A DNA stretch of 56,036 nucleotides, taken from an uncultured virus (IMG/VR IMGVR_UViG_3300042503_001656). Its lineage: Duplodnaviria; Heunggongvirae; Uroviricota; Caudoviricetes. The stretch is from positions 62,001 through 118,036 of the IMG/VR virus record IMGVR_UViG_3300042503_001656; one strand, given 5' to 3'. A model generated the notes under the pieces. It saw only the letters and a program-made list of their open reading frames with translations, was not told the DNA's origin and did no database searches. Below, piece by piece: positions 53,301 through 56,036 of the stretch. The position numbers and the translations under genes were made by a program. How positions within the stretch are numbered: the first letter of the stretch is position 1; every line of letters begins with the position of its first letter.

Positions 53301-55927
53301 TCATGCAGATGCTTGGATTGGAAAGAGATTCAGAAGGAGACCGCATAAGTAGCCAAGACGTAAGAAAGCTTCTTGACGAAATAAACAAGATTAAAGAAGA
53401 AGCTGGAAGCGGACTTGTTCCTGCTGCAAAGAGAGAAGATGGCAAATTTAAAGAATCACTTGAGCTGGACACAAAGAAGTCTCCAATCAATGATGAAATA
53501 ATGCATGCACTCATTGTCTCTGGAAGATTCAAGAACATGAAAGAAGCAGTTGCTTCGCTTGGTGACCCAAGACTTGATTCTCTTGCCGCAGAATACGACT
53601 CCCGCATGCTTGTCGATGCAGCATTCATAAGAATCAAGGACCATCTAAACAAGGTTGGAGCAGCTGACCAAAAGAAGATTCTTTCTAAGGTAATCACTGC
53701 CGCTCTTGGTCGCAAGACAACACTTGAATCTCGCGTACAGGAAGGCAGAGCATCCATCAAGGGTGTAATGAATTCAGACGCAATGATTGGCGATGAAAAG
53801 CTTTCCGAAGTAATTGGCATGGTCAACGAGGTTCTTGAGGCAAGGGGTCTTGAGACAATCGACAAGGATGCATTGTTCCCAAGGGACGAGGCAGGCGGAT
53901 TTGTGAACAACTTGAGTGCTTCGGCTCCAGGCGCAACGAGGCTTGCTTCTGGTCAGAGGTTTGTAGCCAGAACCGCATCAAGCAGAAGAGCTGATGCCGG
54001 AATGGATGCTGCAGCAAGAAGAGCAACAGATAGGCCAACGTTCTCAAGCGGTGCGAAGCCAGCATTTAGGGACCCAGACGGAAAACTGAACGCCACAAAC
54101 ATGAGAGATGCTGCATCCGAAGCAACAATTCCAGAAGGAACAAGGATAAGAAAAACTCCTGGCCAAAATATAGAAGACTTTGAAAAAGCAGTTAAGACGA
54201 GGGCCGAAATAGCAGAAACCCTAAACATAGATACTTCAGCAATAAATGGCTTTACTGTCTACGACGTTATAGACGAGCTTAAAAAGGCAGGAATACCTGA
54301 AGATACCGCAGAAGACCTTGTCGATAAGCTTGTAGAACTAGATTTCTATATTGATGCAATCGAGGAGAGATTCTCTGAAGCCAGAGAAATCATGGATGAA
54401 GCTATTGAAGAAGCTGAAGATGCTATGGACAAGATTGCGAAACTAAGAAAAGAGCGTGCCGACATTATTAATAGGTACGGCGAAGAAGATGGACAGCCAC
54501 TGCTTGAGGTTGTTGATGAAAAAATTAGCAGAGCGACCAAAAAGCTTGACGATGCCTACCAAAGAGGTATCGGCAATGAGGATGCAAGAATGGGAACTCT
54601 CTATTCTCAGGTTGACGAAATTCTGAGTAATAATCGTGGATGGAGAGAGTATTCGCCATCCCCATATAGAGATAGTACAAATCAGAACCTTGCTGCTCTT
54701 GAATTAGCAATTGCAAAAGCTGGCGGAGTAAAGAAAGCCGTACCAGTTACGGGAATAGATTTCGGAGTTCCAGAAGGCACAAGGCTTTCTTCAGGAAAAG
54801 CAGAAGAGTATTACCAAAACCTCACAAGCCACTTGATAAACATGATTGAAAAATCACAAAAAGAAGGCGGTAAGTGGGAAGCACCATGGCATAAGGCTGG
54901 AAATCTTCCAAGAAATGCTTCTACAAAGAATATGTATTCGGGTGGAAACATCTTTGCTCTTATGCTTGCAGCCGAAGAAAAGGGCTTCACAACCTCTCAC
55001 TGGGGTGGATTCCAGCAGTGGAAGAAGCTTGGAGGAAGCGTAAAGAAGGGCGAAAAGGCAACCATCATCCTCATGCCAAAGCAGATGTTTGGTGAGGAAA
55101 TCGACCCAGACACAGGGCAGAAGGTTAGAAAGTCAAAGGGCGTATATTTTACGACCGCACATGTTTTCAACCTTGACCAAGTTGAGGGAATTGACCGCGA
55201 TGAGTTCTTGAAGCTGCCGACAGATGCCCTGACACCAGAGCAGAGAGTCACAAAGCTTGAAGACGCAATCAAGGAAGTTGGTGCAACAATCAAGACCGGA
55301 GATGGAAGTAGGGCTTACTACTCTCCGCGTGAAGACCATGTTGTGATGCCTCCATTCGAACTGTTCAAGTCCCCAGAGGGATACTACGGAACACTCGCCC
55401 ATGAGCTTGTTCACTGGACAGGGCATTCGTCAAGACTTGACAGAAAGAATATGAACCAGTTTGGTTCTCCTGACTATGCAAGAGAAGAGCTTATTGCTGA
55501 ATTTGGCTCAGCTTTCCTGTTGGCAATGTTTGGTCTTTCTGCAGAACCAAGAGAAGACCATGCCCATTACTTGGCAAACTGGTTGCAGGTTCTTCGCGAT
55601 GAGCCAAATGCTCTGCAGGAAGCAGCAACAAAAGCTCAAGAAGCGTCAAAAATGCTCATTGAAAAAATGAAGGCAGTTCTGGAAGAGATGGGCGAAACAG
55701 CATCTTCTGCTGAATCCGACATAGAAGAAAAGAATGCAAACATTTTTACAGACCCGCTTTACGGAATAAAGAATGAACTTGTTGAATGGAGCAAAAACAT
55801 TGAAAATGCTCCATATTTCATTAAGTCCTTGACAAACCCCGACGAAGAACACGGAAATGTAAATAGAAGATGGGAAAGAATTGCAGAAGCAGCGCTATTC
55901 CTAAACGGCATAAACAACAAAATCTAG
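44387..55927 (+). CDS. Giant prohead-protease-headed polyvalent polyprotein (~3846 aa): HK97-type protease, WYL, UvrD/SF1 helicase, ArdC, with repeated R[F/L]SSG linkers
   Basis: One uninterrupted ORF in the head-protease position after portal; AAGGAG RBS before ATG 44387 (the ORF track starts at 44333); domains recognised by motif. Confidence 0.9.
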   Translation: MSSSNKKSDIQYKAAPQGMVNLDEAQGIVECFVAGIGNKDSVGDVCAPGAFGKSLTRRKPRVVWGHNWNDPIGKVIDMYEVPPNDPRLPAKMKAAGIGGLYARVQFNLMSEKGREAFANVAFFGEEQEWSIGYKTINAKFDPQMQANILYEVELYEVSPVLHGANQLTGTISVKSEEQPSGVSVINAPSIDGLNVNELSSILEALKAISSSVSEDEKCGPGMMPQGMPGMPSGGPGMPSGPKPMHTNTPGAAPREVVKPQIPSMPENPMTVALRRELATRTGSNVIVRSASDSVVVFDRVLADGTSSTYRLPFHYAGGEFMFGKPEKVQSQANYVQDSPLSEIMVEALLSGPTAGAEKSLISFDDQEWGEGFGQSIPSQQVDASTLNSVIANLQKIIEQKSEYVVQVAPEHAFEVKQAIDPILDFYKVDATINEDGIVVKSLNEDFLNALDIATKGVLRSLGNLAGRAIDRPNIGRNRRDRTPNLASRGPGIGSRGAVVRLRDGSTWDPKNAPDRNRNGIVGEGLFDSSGRSLAQPDPTPEGPDSIRGAKTPKSPQTPKRQAAAAAKRNATVKRTSGQPQKARQRLSSGGIDQEVDDTPMLEEKFKKEVSGFLSEIGTNRNEIENILDLWENNDADHDKYMEEHGAGSKNFAENVAYAASAMYEDYISDAGDRQADRRAEGGRFSSGEWTKIPGVGYEMDAPDIEGVYEIQEGLDGKFYVVRYSDGNRNGGQNMGIYEHDKPFSTLAAAKKWSEKDYAQAADEYMPDGMEDADSEDGERFSSGQIDFDKIGESGLREMRHVERNPLRFDTQADKDARAAYERVVANFRANNGFFREVPMYAGDKKWHSEDWFRGREMAENVATLRFGDPIDQMPFFDKPGKPSKREFFERTTTVDYRSWYMAKIPAMTQELDRVLASDAYSDEYKEAFLEGMRTFFYVNRPNLQYAPKDTQAQYEEWLQRSGLGWKGRYSTSGPKFEDMETNRFSSGATGRDNKVIESYENVDDLKEAMFSALWEMSLKGDIDGVTAEELADAISVNTNWVEPHLEDVKNYALDARRSMDEYYSSIPELTDEEMDQEYRDWLDSQAGKDSARAMTIKEKFDSMTDEEAADYVAWLEEETWRDRSDTYFSSGERGTPEERVELYNRRASEKNAILESMTPEELAEYAEQWNEDHREDERFSSGQVNRPKSTKTGEEFIGRSYGLHDFFVYDEEDDFENIDKAIVDSLLKGERMSLDDLLLEVRGINDPDLSGEALVRRPDQMGANARRVAEAVANNTSVSPSLANQKAGREDILHFSYNGKQRSIYPETFSTSKKGVGYFVGWDETADNGNGAYRSFNIDKIEGLISSAIPPHVDRAARYTDYSWNITDFSDEDNQKILEQMRRTKEFRVLDDAQDLIDDEVSAGGTRVAGSTLDIAEKEAQAAFQDARNRQIDKMVADGKIKPLSRDSRFSSGMVNDGLPDGYWDTADDMADSYGDREDYTDARFSSGGMPSTKEQADLIAFARSKPGTFTDSVVSQFDRNRRLSEKQWDAIRRMMRGASGGKAAPKADKPTARFSGKRRQIVDIADIEKYDYPELPAKIKPTPEQDRAIDAMMTGADVKIGALAATGKTTTVINFANRLKAKEPDARVVYLVFNRNAKDDVEKRGMPGNVSVSTMDGIAYRAMDAINPEMTKKSFDKKEGHIKPINSFKDRAKYLGTKGMVSQGEELTDVDVYRIVAKAIDAYSISDDKEIGPQHFTGPYNGSYKVTDTSLLPELLKYANKMWEDMNLPRVNGATRKDQKGMLPVNNTHLTKMWALTNPDIGEIAEVNVAMVDEAQDMNPVFAGILRNSNLQKIYIGDTNQAINAWRGADGTTLANVEATYDMPITDSFRFGKNVANMGNRFLSLLNTKERMTGRKTDKSGNPVDGRIGQVDNPTMILTRSNGGAIAATMEVFADGGIVYGSQNFKRDLENFLNNIEWMQNAQKGKPFYTDVYGKQVFSAPEFSQDLDGITNIADFNKAIEKGDDNRLNMLSKLMNDYSLEDLRESLNNIITDKNKLPKNRDEYVHIQTAHTSKGLESPRVKIWSDFRKPKKLENGEWQYPDEQEMRLSYVAVTRAEEELDLGSLSWILDHTTEEDGMPNTFSSGRSKARGNRGDGKGRQKPWSAEDRQRFADRDILRSQTRPGKRRPGPSANEFSSGAEFDFTPEELNRWQKASEHASAYGDWENLPENRKNGYLRKFNGDENLAREQFNVERDLADFAADAQFDKTNSRFSSGGRFAPQPQAPEGWEMPEIGDDGEIKNGPLKGYYIREFGDPFVPGRKYVSYGGTHYSTTDEHKNTLVEWGDYEPGYTIDRNIGSDEDIRGIADSSEQEEMAQYGDEGLYYGNSSRGRYDPQNDYETSVTDDSHSPENGEDHIGKAVSVTDENGNKFYGVVVRGWEPEYEEDLDVDEDGWATPSMNIQDGGMVVLATHDADGKKLDKPVVVEASFGLENEYALVSNVERGGDDYEGPKVNVSKGRVSEETLDEAKKLYEELDPYRNGKADEFRRQGALIDRTWRMPGGEKERREKAAEEAYRRSPEGIQEQREKLEASISAIEDKIRSAESSRESLMERLNDVSESGDNVLASKMEEILRDREGAVRLLQEKLEEAKAELDAFNGEGNRLSSGRFAPDGQSGSRLQRRLSSGDVFGPPPGQSARYDRKKQVEATMGAFHSDPGMARVSSDAEGILGKIPSGKNSHVLNLEAAKRIIADPDGEYSAETGWPVDAGRLLDFIQIDNPLGGSPSTLRDKDDAQLIARVLGIPASDAQDMLDGKPVYIASSTAADMFDNLSRTKEYTSSVGGLNDVARVWGFDGAPKWVRHSDIATPEFDLDENDRVNWSQVKWDGLSRADFDAAVRRGNNPPEPVYTSPVEFFNSDAIASNPKWDARGGSFRNPTVDAEFTATPKKVSRAEQLEPERFVSQARAGERVARADKDFMDEWTNGSHGIGAAQLMQMLGLERDSEGDRISSQDVRKLLDEINKIKEEAGSGLVPAAKREDGKFKESLELDTKKSPINDEIMHALIVSGRFKNMKEAVASLGDPRLDSLAAEYDSRMLVDAAFIRIKDHLNKVGAADQKKILSKVITAALGRKTTLESRVQEGRASIKGVMNSDAMIGDEKLSEVIGMVNEVLEARGLETIDKDALFPRDEAGGFVNNLSASAPGATRLASGQRFVARTASSRRADAGMDAAARRATDRPTFSSGAKPAFRDPDGKLNATNMRDAASEATIPEGTRIRKTPGQNIEDFEKAVKTRAEIAETLNIDTSAINGFTVYDVIDELKKAGIPEDTAEDLVDKLVELDFYIDAIEERFSEAREIMDEAIEEAEDAMDKIAKLRKERADIINRYGEEDGQPLLEVVDEKISRATKKLDDAYQRGIGNEDARMGTLYSQVDEILSNNRGWREYSPSPYRDSTNQNLAALELAIAKAGGVKKAVPVTGIDFGVPEGTRLSSGKAEEYYQNLTSHLINMIEKSQKEGGKWEAPWHKAGNLPRNASTKNMYSGGNIFALMLAAEEKGFTTSHWGGFQQWKKLGGSVKKGEKATIILMPKQMFGEEIDPDTGQKVRKSKGVYFTTAHVFNLDQVEGIDRDEFLKLPTDALTPEQRVTKLEDAIKEVGATIKTGDGSRAYYSPREDHVVMPPFELFKSPEGYYGTLAHELVHWTGHSSRLDRKNMNQFGSPDYAREELIAEFGSAFLLAMFGLSAEPREDHAHYLANWLQVLRDEPNALQEAATKAQEASKMLIEKMKAVLEEMGETASSAESDIEEKNANIFTDPLYGIKNELVEWSKNIENAPYFIKSLTNPDEEHGNVNRRWERIAEAALFLNGINNKI
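44450..44910 (+). other. Domain: HK97-family prohead maturation protease (peptidase S78)
   Basis: GNKDSVGDVCAPGAF, VVWGHNWNDPIGK (His 44582), EWSIGY (Ser 44774), LYEVSPVLHGAN (Glu 44852). Confidence 0.9.
48254..48420 (+). other. Domain: WYL-like
   Basis: ILHFSYNGKQRSIYPETF...GYFVGWD...YRSFNIDKIEGL matches the WYL consensus. Confidence 0.75.
49124..50698 (+). other. Domain: UvrD/Rep-like superfamily 1 helicase
   Basis: PTPEQ, ALAATGKTT, YLVFN, VDEAQD, IGDTNQAINAWRGA, DSFRFG, LTRSN, TAHTSKGLE, LSYVAVTRA. Confidence 0.92.
54800..55680 (+). other. ardC: Domain: ArdC anti-restriction protein (ArdC-N ssDNA-binding + zincin metallopeptidase)
   Basis: WEAPW...PRN...YSGGN...WGGFQQW...VKKGEK...VFNLDQ; AYYSP..D...YYGTLAHELVHWTGH..RLDR...YAREELIAE...YLANW. 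Confidence 0.92.
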
Positions 55928-55980
55928 GAATAGTAATCAGTACATACACCGCAATACTTACTCGAATGATACGTTTAGAG

Positions 55981-55986
55981 TATAAT
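55981..55986 (+). promoter_or_regulatory. -10 box TATAAT for the next gene
   Basis: TATAAT, then AGGAG RBS (56005-56009) and ATG 56019. Confidence 0.5.
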
Positions 55987-56018
55987 TTACGGTACTTACC
56001 AATTAGGAGTCATCTTTT

Positions 56019-56036
56019 ATGAACGATGAAATGAAC
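56019..56036 (+). CDS. Start of next gene (truncated, MNDEMN...)
   Basis: AGGAG RBS plus ATG; runs off the window. Confidence 0.5.

Noticed and set aside
46139..54796. RFSSG copies as a CRISPR-like or integron-like DNA repeat array, or as intein junctions
   Set aside because: Irregular spacing (57 nt to ~1.9 kb), synonymous codon variation, no palindromes, and no Cys/Ser...His-Asn intein termini.

Overview
A 56-kb piece of a large tailed (contractile-tail, myovirus-like) bacteriophage. The host is probably an actinobacterium, inferred from extended -10 and leaderless promoters, a PAKK histone-like protein and gene style. Left to right: (+) collagen-like Gly-X-Thr fibre genes, fibronectin-III/glycine-rich tip proteins and a GT4 glycosyltransferase; (-) baseplate, tape measure, frameshifted tail assembly chaperone, tube, sheath and neck genes; (-) a PAKK protein, a ParB/PAPS-reductase (IbrAB-like) cluster, RuvC, HNH, RecB-like nuclease, Rad52/Sak and terminase; (+) portal and an 11.5-kb gene. 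That gene is the highlight. It encodes an HK97-type prohead protease at the N-terminus of a ~3850-aa polyprotein carrying a WYL domain, a complete UvrD/SF1 helicase, a complete ArdC (ssDNA-binding plus zincin) anti-restriction protein and many small acidic or basic modules. The modules are separated by 15 copies of a [F/L]SSG motif (11 of them R[F/L]SSG) plus 2 variants, written with varied synonymous codons and placed at domain boundaries. The same RFSSG occurs once in the tape measure protein. The proposed interpretation (inference) is a self-processing, capsid-packaged cargo polyprotein, cut by its own maturation protease into effectors that are injected with the DNA. All family assignments come from motif recognition by eye; no searches were run.
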